The translations under genes were made by a program, and so were the position numbers. DNA of 64,000 nt. Source: Alphaproteobacteria bacterium. Its GTDB lineage: Bacteria > Pseudomonadota > Alphaproteobacteria > UBA6615. Location of the stretch: positions 2,671 through 66,670 of the forward strand of contig PBMH01000047.1 of the NCBI GenBank assembly GCA_002722515.1, in the 5' to 3' direction. Positions 1 to 9,156 of the stretch are shown in pieces (the first letter of the stretch is position 1; every line of letters starts with the position of its first letter). The notes beneath the pieces were generated by a model. That model made no database searches. It was not told the origin of the DNA and worked only from the letters and a program-made list of their open reading frames with translations.

Positions 1-691
1 AAAACCAGACGTGATTTTTCACCTCGCGGCAAGGTTCGCCAGCATGCACAACGCCAACGATATTGCCGGACTGATAACCGACAATGTGACCCTCACGGCA
101 CAGCTTTGTGAGGCCGCAATTGCCGCTAAATGCTCATCGCTCGTGGCGGCTGGCACCGGCTGGCAAAATGCCGGAAGTCCGGCTAACGACCCAACCCCTG
201 CACCGAATACCCTCTACGCAGCGAGCAAACAGGCCGCCGACGATATCATCGACTATTACAGCGCAATGGCAGGGCTGAATGCGGTGACCCTAAAGATCTA
301 CGACAGCTACGGCCCTGAGGACCCACGCCGTAAATTCCTGGCAATCCTGCGCGAGGCAGCGATAAAAAACGAAGTGATCGATGCTAGCCCCGGCAATCAA
401 CGCCTGTATATGGTGCACGTCGACGACCTAGTCGACGGTTTCATCCACGCCGGTAATCTGCTCACAATAGGAGAACTTCGAGGACGCACCAGCCACACCC
501 TGCCGTCGCCAACTGCAATGACGTTGCGCGAGATTGCCGAAATCTGGATGCGAGTGAACAGGCAGCAGGTAAACATCAACTGGGGTAGCAAGCCGCATCG
601 CCCCGGAGAGGTCATGGTGCCCTGGGACGGGGTCCCCCTGCCGGGCTGGTCACCCCACACCAGCCTCAATACTGGGCTTCACGGCTGCTAG
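1..691 (+). CDS. NAD-dependent epimerase/dehydratase (extended SDR) family protein, 3' part; 5' end outside the window
   Basis: The frame of ORF 11..691 stays open to the window edge. It has a YxxxK-type motif 'YAASKQAAD' and an epimerase-like C-terminal substrate domain. Confidence 0.6.
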   Translation, partial: KPDVIFHLAARFASMHNANDIAGLITDNVTLTAQLCEAAIAAKCSSLVAAGTGWQNAGSPANDPTPAPNTLYAASKQAADDIIDYYSAMAGLNAVTLKIYDSYGPEDPRRKFLAILREAAIKNEVIDASPGNQRLYMVHVDDLVDGFIHAGNLLTIGELRGRTSHTLPSPTAMTLREIAEIWMRVNRQQVNINWGSKPHRPGEVMVPWDGVPLPGWSPHTSLNTGLHGC

Positions 692-888
692 AGCGCCACC
701 CTCGGCAGGTATAGGCCGGCGCCGAAATTAATAGTTTCATGCAGCAGATACACGCTAAACTAGAAAATGAAATCTCCGACACCGCGAGCGCCACGCCCGC
801 TCACGATACTAAAGATTGTTATTTCATTAATTGAACCTCTTCCCGCAGTCTATTTCCCGCGGATTAAAAGCGTATTAACCGTGAACCG

Positions 889-1899
889 TTAGCCGTTCAC
901 GTCAATCACGGTGCGACCGCGCACCTCACCCTTTAGGATCGCCTTTGCCAACTCTGGTACGTCCGCTAGCGTTGCCAGATTGGTCATCGCATCCAGCTTG
1001 TCGAGCGGAAGATCTTCTGCGATCCGTCGCCAGATGTGCCTGCGGTTTTCAGCCGGCTGCATCACCGAATCAATGCCTAGGATATTTACGCCGCGCAGTA
1101 GAAACGGTAGCACGGTCGTCTCGAGCGTGTTGCCGCCGGCCAGCCCACACGACGCGACGGAACCTCCATATTTCATCTGCGCCAGCACCGCTGCGAGCGT
1201 CTTCCCTGCGACCACATCGATACAACCCGCCCAGCGCTCGCGCTCAAGCGGCCGGCTCTCGATCCCCGATAAACCAGCACGATCAAGAACTTCAGCCGCC
1301 CCAAGCTCCATTAGGTAATCAGTGAGCTCGCGCCGCCCCGACGAAGCCGCAACGGTGTAGCCACGCTTAGCCAGAATGGCGATAGCGACACTGCCGACAC
1401 CCCCCGCACCGCCGGTCACGAGTACTTCGCCGTTTTCGGGTGCAAGACCGTGGGCTTCAAGCGCGTCGACACAGAGCATCGATGTGAAGCCAGCCGTTCC
1501 AACGGCCATTGCCTGGCGCGTATTCAGCGCATCGGGCAGCGCTACCAGCCAATCACCCTTAACCCGCACCTTCTGTGAAAGTCCGCCCCAATAAATTTCA
1601 CCAACACGCCAGCCAGTCAGCACAACCTTATCACCGGGTACAAACATCGAATTATCGGACGCCTCGACGGTGCCTGCAAAATCAATACCCGGTACATGGG
1701 GAAACTCGCGCACGAGGCGCCCCACATTGCCGTTTATAACGAGACCGTCCTTAAAGTTTACAGTCGAGTATTCGACCGCAACCGTCACCTCACCTTCGGG
1801 CAGAGCATCGCTCGCCACATCGGTAATCGATGCGGACACCTCATCGTTTTCGTCCTGCTCAAGCAGGACGGCCTTGAACGTATCACTCATGACGTTCAT
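889..1899 (-). CDS. acuI: YhdH/AcuI-family MDR oxidoreductase (acrylyl-CoA reductase-like)
   Basis: The 336-aa protein shows 'FKAVLLEQ...EGEVTVAVEYSTVNFKDGL...PGIDFAGTV...VVLTGW.VGE..WGG' and the NAD(P) site 'VTGGAGGVGS'. This matches the YhdH/AcuI family along its length. Confidence 0.75.
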   Translation of the reverse strand: MNVMSDTFKAVLLEQDENDEVSASITDVASDALPEGEVTVAVEYSTVNFKDGLVINGNVGRLVREFPHVPGIDFAGTVEASDNSMFVPGDKVVLTGWRVGEIYWGGLSQKVRVKGDWLVALPDALNTRQAMAVGTAGFTSMLCVDALEAHGLAPENGEVLVTGGAGGVGSVAIAILAKRGYTVAASSGRRELTDYLMELGAAEVLDRAGLSGIESRPLERERWAGCIDVVAGKTLAAVLAQMKYGGSVASCGLAGGNTLETTVLPFLLRGVNILGIDSVMQPAENRRHIWRRIAEDLPLDKLDAMTNLATLADVPELAKAILKGEVRGRTVIDVNG

Positions 1900-1914
1900 T
1901 CCGGTTCGCAGGCG

Positions 1915-3075
1915 CTAACGCAGCGGCTCGAGGATCGAGACATAGCTAGAAACCGCAGAGCCACCCATGTTGAAGACCGCCCCGAGATTTGGACTGTCTA
2001 GCTGCAGGTCGCCTGCCGTGCCTGTGAGCTGCATAGACGCAATTGCGTGCATCGACAGTCCGGTCGCGCCTAGCGGATGTCCCTTCGCCTTCAGTCCGCC
2101 CGAGCGGTTAACCGGCAACTTGCCGTCGGCGTGCGTCCAGCCCTCCTTGATAGCCGTCTCGCCCTCTCCCTTCGCCGTGAGCCCCATAGCCTCGTAGGAT
2201 AATAGTTCGGCTGAGGTGAAGCAGTCATGGACCTCGGCGAAGCCAAGATCCGCGACCGACACACCAGCCTCGGAGAACGCGCGGGCGAACGCTTCAGCGG
2301 GGCCTTCGAAATCGATCACGGTGCGTCGTGACATGGGCAGATAATCCTGCACATGCTGGGCAGCCCGAAAATACACGGCCTTGTCCATCTTGAGCGCGGT
2401 GTCAACGTCCGTCAGAACAATTGCCGCTGCACCATCGGAAACCAATGAGCAGTCCGTCCGCTTCAGCGGTCCGGCCACCACGGGATTCTTCTCCGAGACA
2501 TTGCGACAGAACTCGTAACCGAGATCCTTTTGCAGTTGAGCATAGGGATTATCACAACCATTTTTGTGATTCTTCGCTGCAATCATCGCCAGCGCATCCG
2601 ACTTATCGCCGTATTTCTGGAAATAGATATCGGTAATTTGGCCAAAGATTTCCGCGAAGCTCGATGCCGATTCCTCTCGCAGGTAGGAAGCCTTCGACAG
2701 GATGCCGCCAAGCACCTCTCCCGAGACCTCAGTCATCTTTTCGACACCAACCACCAGAACAACACGGCCCTTCTTTGCTGCAAGATGGTTTAGCCCTTGA
2801 TAGATTGCCGCGGAGCCAGTTGCGCATGCATTCTCTACATGGGTCGAAGGCTTGAAGCGTAGATCCTCATGGGTCTGCAGAACCAAGGATGCTGGAAACT
2901 CCTGGCTCACAAAGCCGCCACCGAAAGTCCCGAGGTAGATCGCATCTACATCCCTCGGTTCGACGCCTGCATCGCGCATCGCGCCTGCCGCTACGCTAAC
3001 TATCATATCTTCGATGTCGTCGTCTTCGCGTTTACCGAATTTCAGATGATCCCAGCCAACGATGCATGCGCTCAT
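1915..3075 (-). CDS. Thiolase-domain protein (SCP-x / lipid-transfer type acetyl-CoA acetyltransferase-like)
   Basis: 386 aa. It has a thiolase-like active-site Cys context 'VENACATGSAA' and a C-terminal 'GHPLGATG...NMGG' thiolase signature. Confidence 0.7.
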   Translation of the reverse strand: MSACIVGWDHLKFGKREDDDIEDMIVSVAAGAMRDAGVEPRDVDAIYLGTFGGGFVSQEFPASLVLQTHEDLRFKPSTHVENACATGSAAIYQGLNHLAAKKGRVVLVVGVEKMTEVSGEVLGGILSKASYLREESASSFAEIFGQITDIYFQKYGDKSDALAMIAAKNHKNGCDNPYAQLQKDLGYEFCRNVSEKNPVVAGPLKRTDCSLVSDGAAAIVLTDVDTALKMDKAVYFRAAQHVQDYLPMSRRTVIDFEGPAEAFARAFSEAGVSVADLGFAEVHDCFTSAELLSYEAMGLTAKGEGETAIKEGWTHADGKLPVNRSGGLKAKGHPLGATGLSMHAIASMQLTGTAGDLQLDSPNLGAVFNMGGSAVSSYVSILEPLR

Positions 3076-3312
3076 TTCTTTCTCTCCCTTGAATCAATGG
3101 GCGTTCGTAGACGCCAAACTTTTAGCTGCACTGCACAATATTTGATTAAATATAGGCCCACTGTAACTCGAAGTCAGCCAAAACGGCGAGCGCATACCCA
3201 CACCTTAAGAAACACTTTAAATTGTTTAAAATTTTTTCCTGGAATTCTCCGACTGTACCTTAACCTAAAGACCTTAAGAGCCACTCATCGGGGACCCGAT
3301 GCCTCCGCGGTG

Positions 3313-5088
3313 TCAGGCGCTGCAGCGAACGGTTTCGAGCGTCTCGCGAACGCTACCGCATTCCCGAATACCGAGAATGTGATGGGCGTGCCAGAGCGCA
3401 TAGAAGAGCAGCACCCAGGTAGCAAACCCTTGACGTTTTCCACCCTTGGAGAATAACGCCTCCACAGCCCTCGGCTCACAAACCTCCAGGACACCAGGCT
3501 GAAGCGCAACCAGGGGCCCAATGACCGATGCTCTTGCGGCGATCCATTCGGCGACCGGAACACTAAAACCGCGTTTCTCCTTGAATGGGTTCGCCTCGGG
3601 CAGTGACCGGGCAAGCCATTTCCGCAAGATCCACTTGCCGAGCCCGTCCCGAACCTTGAGCCTGTCGGGCAGACGGAATGCGACCGCAGCAACCTCTGGA
3701 TCCAGAAACGGTGTACGTCCTTCGATCCCGTGCGCCATCAGGCAACGGTCAAGCTTGATCAGCAAGTCATTCGGCAGCCAGTCAGCGCAATCCACCGCCT
3801 GCGCGGACTGCAGGCGACTATAGTCGCCTGCGTCGGCGGTCTGTTGCGCGGCAGCAATCCCGTCTCGCCAGCCCGCCGATTGGTGTCGCAACACCCCTAG
3901 GCCATCGAAAACGCCACGCATGCGCATGCTCCGGCCACCGCGCCACCACGGTCGCATGGCACTGCGGTAACGGCCATATCCAGCGAACATCTCGTCACCG
4001 CCTTCACCGGTAAGGACAACCTTGAGCCCTGCTGCCCTTACCGCCTCGGCCAAAAAGTAGGTTGGAATCATCGCATAATCGGCCGTCGGATCATCCATTG
4101 CTGCAGCGATTTTCGGAAGCTCACGCCAGAACATATCCGCATCGATCGACAGCTCAGTCATCTCGGCCCCTGCAATGCGCGCGACTTCTCGGGCATGGGC
4201 CCGCTCATCAGGAACGGAAGCACCAGAAAACCCGGCGGCAAAAGCCTGCACCGGCTTGTCGTTGAGATCGGCCATAAGTGCAAGCAGTGCGGAACTGTCG
4301 ACACCGCCCGACAGGAACATGCCGTACGGCACGTCGGAACGTTGATGCACTTCAACACTGTCCCGCAGGGCGGTCTCAATTATCTCCAGTGCTTGCTCCT
4401 CCGACCAGTCGGCAACACCATCAGACGACAGAACCGAACGACGACGCCTGGCAACAACGCGGCCACCTCGGACCACAACAGATTCTCCAGGCAGGACACG
4501 CATGATTTTATCGAACACCGTCCCTGCGCCGGTCGTGAATTGCAACTGCAGAAGTTCTGCGCGCGCGGTTTCGTTGATAAGGGGCACGATCATGCCAGAC
4601 TCGATCAGCGCCTGGGGCTCTGACGCAAAGACGAAGCCATAATCGGTCTGGGCGTAGTAGAGCGGTTTGATTCCGAACGGATCACGCGCCAGCACGAGTT
4701 GGCCCTCGATCGGATCATAAAGAGCGATGGCATACATACCGCGTAAATGGTCGACAAAATCTAAACCGTATTTTCGATATAGGTGCAGCGGCGGTTCGCA
4801 GTCGGATCGGGTCACAACCTCTTCACTGTCGAGCTGTCCATGCAGCTCAACATAGTTGTAGATTTCTCCATTCGCGACCAAGACAGCCCCACCCGACTCG
4901 TAAAGCGGCTGGTTCCCAGTCTCCAGGTCGATGATCGCCAGACGGGTCTGCCCGAGAGCCACGTTCCGCGCAGTGTAGGCACCGTCACCGTCGGGTCCAC
5001 GGTGGCGCAGAGAATCCACGAGTCGCCTGAGCACATCCGCGTCTGCGGTCGCTTCATCTGCCCCCATGAAACCTGCTATTCCGCACAT
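3313..5088 (-). CDS. asnB: Asparagine synthase (glutamine-hydrolysing) family amidotransferase
   Basis: It has the N-terminal 'MCGIAG' Ntn-amidotransferase start and the 'SGGVDSS' PP-loop. It is the last gene of a four-gene glycosyltransferase operon. Confidence 0.85.
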   Translation of the reverse strand: MCGIAGFMGADEATADADVLRRLVDSLRHRGPDGDGAYTARNVALGQTRLAIIDLETGNQPLYESGGAVLVANGEIYNYVELHGQLDSEEVVTRSDCEPPLHLYRKYGLDFVDHLRGMYAIALYDPIEGQLVLARDPFGIKPLYYAQTDYGFVFASEPQALIESGMIVPLINETARAELLQLQFTTGAGTVFDKIMRVLPGESVVVRGGRVVARRRRSVLSSDGVADWSEEQALEIIETALRDSVEVHQRSDVPYGMFLSGGVDSSALLALMADLNDKPVQAFAAGFSGASVPDERAHAREVARIAGAEMTELSIDADMFWRELPKIAAAMDDPTADYAMIPTYFLAEAVRAAGLKVVLTGEGGDEMFAGYGRYRSAMRPWWRGGRSMRMRGVFDGLGVLRHQSAGWRDGIAAAQQTADAGDYSRLQSAQAVDCADWLPNDLLIKLDRCLMAHGIEGRTPFLDPEVAAVAFRLPDRLKVRDGLGKWILRKWLARSLPEANPFKEKRGFSVPVAEWIAARASVIGPLVALQPGVLEVCEPRAVEALFSKGGKRQGFATWVLLFYALWHAHHILGIRECGSVRETLETVRCSA

Positions 5089-5090
5089 CG

Positions 5091-6122
5091 TCAGGAGATC
5101 CTTTCAAAAAATTTCTGATACTGCGTGACGACAGAAGCCTGGGTGTACCCATCCTCGAACCGTCGGCGCCCTTCACCCGCGAGCCGCGCGGCACTCGCCG
5201 GATCGGCTATAAAATCGCGAATGCCCTCGGTCAGGCTATTAACGTCGTCGACAGGAACGATGACGCCAGCCGCATTGTCACCAATCAGGCTGGCCGGACC
5301 CGCCGCAGCAGCAGCAACGACAGGTTTCTCAGCGGCCCATGCTTCCAGAACGATGTTCCCCAAGGGCTCGTGGCGAGACGAACACACGAAGATATCGCAG
5401 GCTTGCATAAGCGCATCGGGGTCATCGCGCCAGCCGAGAAAACGGACCCGGTCAGCTACCCCAAGTTCCGCCGCGAGCTTCGACAGGTTCGCTGCTTCCG
5501 GTCCCTCACCAGCAATCCAAAGCCAAACGTCGGAAAGATCAACCAGCGCGCGCAGAAGGATGTCGAACGCCTTGTTCTCATGCAGCCGCCCCATACCCAG
5601 CAATAGCGGCACGTCGAGTGGAGTATCGAAGCCGATCCGTGACGCCTTGGGTCGTGTTGGTGGATGAACGAAGTTTGGCAGGTAAACGACTCGGTCCCTG
5701 TCGAAACCCTGTTTAGCAATATGAGCCACAATGTCTTCAGTGTTGCCAATAAGGTAGTCGCAATGCCGGTAAAATTTTAGATCATAGTACCCGCCGAGCC
5801 GCGCGACCAACTTATAGCCATCGGGGCGTTCAGACTTTGGTGTCGCCCAGCTAGCACGGCTCATCCAGCTTAGAACAATATCCGGTTTGTAACGATCAAT
5901 CTCACGCTGCAACGCCGGCCGAGTTCGAAAGTCCATCCTACCGCCGAAGGGTAGTTCCAGAGGATCGACACCGCCGCTACGCAATGCTCGGGCACGAACC
6001 GGATCCCGGCGGATAACGACCCTCTGATCCATATCTATATTCGCAAACGCGACAGCTAGGCGAACGAAGAAGGCCTCCGCACCACCAACCTCGGCACCGG
6101 CCATCGCTTGGAGTAATCGCAC
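5091..6122 (-). CDS. Glycosyltransferase family 4 (GT-B, GT1-type)
   Basis: 343 aa with a C-terminal 'E..G.....EA.A...PVV' motif ('HEPLGNIVLEAWAAEKPVVA'). It sits 2 nt from both neighbouring genes. Confidence 0.75.
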   Translation of the reverse strand: MRLLQAMAGAEVGGAEAFFVRLAVAFANIDMDQRVVIRRDPVRARALRSGGVDPLELPFGGRMDFRTRPALQREIDRYKPDIVLSWMSRASWATPKSERPDGYKLVARLGGYYDLKFYRHCDYLIGNTEDIVAHIAKQGFDRDRVVYLPNFVHPPTRPKASRIGFDTPLDVPLLLGMGRLHENKAFDILLRALVDLSDVWLWIAGEGPEAANLSKLAAELGVADRVRFLGWRDDPDALMQACDIFVCSSRHEPLGNIVLEAWAAEKPVVAAAAAGPASLIGDNAAGVIVPVDDVNSLTEGIRDFIADPASAARLAGEGRRRFEDGYTQASVVTQYQKFFERIS

Positions 6123-6124
6123 GA

Positions 6125-6907
6125 TTAGTCATCCTCCAGATGTGCTTTGAGGTAGCTAAGGATCGGGTATAATCCGGCCATAAGCGCGATCAGAAATCCG
6201 TACTGACCCTCTCGATACCCGCGGCGCGATACATAGCATTTCCAGAAGCGAGAAAAGATCCGCCGCACATTTCGCCCGAAACTTCCAAGTTCGCCACTCT
6301 CGCGCAGATCGCGAGCGCGCGCACTCGTATATCGATCGAGGCGATGGATCATGTCCGAGATGTTGCGATCAACAAAGTGAAGCATCGGGACTTCGAGCCG
6401 ACCTGGTTCACCTTTTAGCTCAAGCGCCGGATGAATGCGTTGGTCACCCCAGATCTTGGCTGGGCCGAGCACGGTGTTTTTAGCGAACAGGCGAACGGTC
6501 GCACTCACTCCCCAGGACGCTCCCCAGCCAAACTCGACCAAACGATCGCCGACATAGTTGTGATAGGGGATAAGAAAATACCCATAGGGCGCCACGGCAA
6601 TCGCAGAACGGATATTCTCTGCCAATGCATCGGTTATCCGCTCATCCGCGTCAACCTCGAGGATCCAGTCACCGCTACAAATCTCGATTCCGCGATTTCG
6701 CCGCGCCCCCTCGATTTCCCAAGCACCTGCCTCAATCTTCGCACCATGGGCCTGCGCGACATCCTCGGACCGATCTGTGCAGCGGTCGAGAACCACTACG
6801 ATTTCGTCCGCGAAGCGCAACGCTGTCAGACAGTCGCCGAGCTGATCCTCTTCGTTATGCGCCACCACCAGAGCAGATAGGCGCGGCGTTTGCATTCGCA
6901 CACTCAT
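6125..6907 (-). CDS. Glycosyltransferase family 2
   Basis: 'LSALVVAHNEE...DRCTDRS...EVDADE' matches a GT-A fold with a DxD motif. The ATG at 6907 forms an ATGA overlap with the stop of the upstream GT9 gene. The ORF track starts it earlier, at 6934. Confidence 0.7.
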   Translation of the reverse strand: MSVRMQTPRLSALVVAHNEEDQLGDCLTALRFADEIVVVLDRCTDRSEDVAQAHGAKIEAGAWEIEGARRNRGIEICSGDWILEVDADERITDALAENIRSAIAVAPYGYFLIPYHNYVGDRLVEFGWGASWGVSATVRLFAKNTVLGPAKIWGDQRIHPALELKGEPGRLEVPMLHFVDRNISDMIHRLDRYTSARARDLRESGELGSFGRNVRRIFSRFWKCYVSRRGYREGQYGFLIALMAGLYPILSYLKAHLEDD

Positions 6908-7887
6908 TTTTTTTCTTCGCCCATCCGTTGCCACAAGGTCGTAGACGCCCTGACTACGTCGTCCACGGACAGGCTATCCATCAGCGTGTCCGTCGTCCGA
7001 TGATCATAGCCCGTCCCGCCCACAAGCTCAGAAAATGGTTTCGTCGTCGTTACCCAGGTTGCCCGAGACCCCCAAGGGGCATAACGCTCCGGTCGGCTTG
7101 GTCCGAACAACCCGACGGTCGGCACACCCGCGGCAGCGGACATATGCATAAGTCCCGAGTCATTACCCACAAACAGCGATGATTGTGTCAGACAGGCCCC
7201 TATCGTCGGCAAGTCTTGGGTTCCGACCAAGTCAATTACACGGTCCGCGGGAAACGCCTTCAGCACAGGGGTCGCCGCCGCGCGTTCACTACCCGCACCT
7301 AGAACCGCGACCATGGCGCCTGGCAAGATGGCTTCCGCCGAGGTGTTACCCACCACGGTGAGCCGTCGGATAGCCTTAACAAATCGTTCCGCCGGCCAAA
7401 TTTTCCCTTTCCAGTTCGCAGTTGGGGCAACGGCAACAACCGGCACATCCTTAGGCATTAATTTGGCAGCGGCCGCATGATGCTTCTCACCCATCCATAG
7501 ATGCGGGATCAGCGGTGATTCCGACAGACCTAAAGTCCGCGAAAATGAGACAACCGCGTGCTCTTCCCGGCCCGAACTCGAAGGCGCGATAGCACGGCGG
7601 GTATTCCACACGGTCCACGGAATGGGCGAGCGTCGTAAATCCACCACGAGCGACCAGCGCTGCCCTACCACATCCCGCCAGAGTTTCAGCCAGTGGCCAC
7701 CTCGCGGCTTCTTGTGCACCGGGATCAAGCGTTCCAGACCGGGCAACGCCTCAAACAGAGGGGCAGCCGGCGCTCCACAGGCGACTGTAAATCGCGCCTC
7801 GGGATAGTTGCGGCACAGAAAATTCAACAGACCGGACGAGAGAACGGCATCACCAATCCGGTTTGGACCGACATAGAGTATTCGCAT
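6904..7887 (-). CDS. Glycosyltransferase family 9 (LPS heptosyltransferase-like)
   Basis: 'MRILYVGPNRIGDAV' start and a C-terminal 'VGNDSGLMHMSAAAGVPTVGLFGPS' GT9 signature. The ORF-track start at 8079 adds 64 implausible residues, so I prefer the ATG at 7887. Confidence 0.75.
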   Translation of the reverse strand: MRILYVGPNRIGDAVLSSGLLNFLCRNYPEARFTVACGAPAAPLFEALPGLERLIPVHKKPRGGHWLKLWRDVVGQRWSLVVDLRRSPIPWTVWNTRRAIAPSSSGREEHAVVSFSRTLGLSESPLIPHLWMGEKHHAAAAKLMPKDVPVVAVAPTANWKGKIWPAERFVKAIRRLTVVGNTSAEAILPGAMVAVLGAGSERAAATPVLKAFPADRVIDLVGTQDLPTIGACLTQSSLFVGNDSGLMHMSAAAGVPTVGLFGPSRPERYAPWGSRATWVTTTKPFSELVGGTGYDHRTTDTLMDSLSVDDVVRASTTLWQRMGEEKK

Positions 7888-7983
7888 GACGGTGAGGCTT
7901 ATACGCGCGCACTCGGCAACACGCCAATTTCTTTGAAAAAAAGTATCGACGCATGGCTTGCCAGAACGGCACAACGAGCCAAC

Positions 7984-8023
7984 TATTAAATGAACGACAC
8001 CAGTATTAAATGAACGACACCAG
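7984..8023. repeat. Perfect 20-bp tandem duplication 'tattaaatgaacgacaccag' x2 spanning the ygfZ start region
   Basis: Read directly: 7984..8003 equals 8004..8023. Each copy carries an ATG (7990 and 8010). Confidence 0.95.
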
Positions 8024-8948
8024 CGGTTTCCGCGCCAACAAATTACAAAGGCCCTCGATGCCCAACTTTTACGTTCCATTGCCTCGAGACGTCATCGCAC
8101 TCGACGGCATTGACGCTCAGAGCTTCCTGCAGGGGCTTGTCTCCCAAGACATGGAACAGGTTACGAAAACCAGATCAGTCTACACAGCTTTGCTGACACC
8201 ACAGGGAAAGTTCCTGCACGATTTCTTCGTGATGAGATCGGGTGATCGCATGTGGCTAGACTGCGAGGCAAAACGCGGACCGGACTTGATTGAGAGATTG
8301 TCGGCGTTTCGTCTGCGTAGCGACGTGCAGTTTGAAATACTGCACAAGCATGCAGTGTGCGCAGTCATAGGACCGACTGCCAATTCAACTCTGGGCCTTA
8401 CTACCACTGCTGGTGACACACGACCCGCAACCGAAATGCTCGCCTACACCGACCCGCGCAATCCCGCTATCGGGTGCCGTGTGGTGGGGCCAAACTCCAC
8501 CATCAAGGCCTTGATGGCCGAATACGAAATCTCCGCAGGGGGTTTTGAGACGTACGACACCCTACGCATCTCTCTGGAAATACCTGATGGTTCCCGGGAT
8601 ATGGAGATCGAAAAATCCACGCTCCTGGAATCAAACTTCGCTGACCTGAATGGAATCGACTGGGAGAAGGGCTGCTACATGGGCCAAGAGTTGACGGCCC
8701 GCACCAAGTATCGCGGCCTCGTCAAACGACGCCTGTGCGCTTTCCAAGCTACTGATGACCGCCAGACCGTTGGCGAACCAGTATATAAGGCCGACCATAA
8801 GGTCGGGGAAATTCGATCTCGCAGCAGAGATCATCTGCTTGTGTCGATCAAGATCGACGCCCTTGAATCCGGAATGGAAAGCCTTATCGCAGCTGGTCAA
8901 CCATTAATACACCTCCAGAACACAAGCGGATTACAAGCTACCCCATGA
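8010..8948 (+). CDS. ygfZ: YgfZ-type folate-binding protein (aminomethyltransferase-fold, Fe-S cluster repair / tRNA modification associated)
   Basis: It shows 'DAQSFLQGLVSQD' and the diagnostic 'KGCYMGQELTARTKYRG' motif. An alternative start is the ATG at 8058 ('MPNFYVPL'). Confidence 0.75.
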   Translation: MNDTSGFRANKLQRPSMPNFYVPLPRDVIALDGIDAQSFLQGLVSQDMEQVTKTRSVYTALLTPQGKFLHDFFVMRSGDRMWLDCEAKRGPDLIERLSAFRLRSDVQFEILHKHAVCAVIGPTANSTLGLTTTAGDTRPATEMLAYTDPRNPAIGCRVVGPNSTIKALMAEYEISAGGFETYDTLRISLEIPDGSRDMEIEKSTLLESNFADLNGIDWEKGCYMGQELTARTKYRGLVKRRLCAFQATDDRQTVGEPVYKADHKVGEIRSRSRDHLLVSIKIDALESGMESLIAAGQPLIHLQNTSGLQATP

Positions 8949-9156
8949 GAAGCTGCCTAAACTGTAAGCTGACTCAGTAGGCCCCGCGCTCATCCGCACA
9001 AGGGCGCGCGAAGATCATAGGCAGCTACCTCCATGTGCAGTTCATTGAACGCTAACAAACTCGATGAGACCACCAAACGGATAGCGTCTCTACCAAATAG
9101 CCAAAACAAAAAACTGAAAACAAAGAAAGCCGAGTTGGTACTACCCATTTGGTCCG

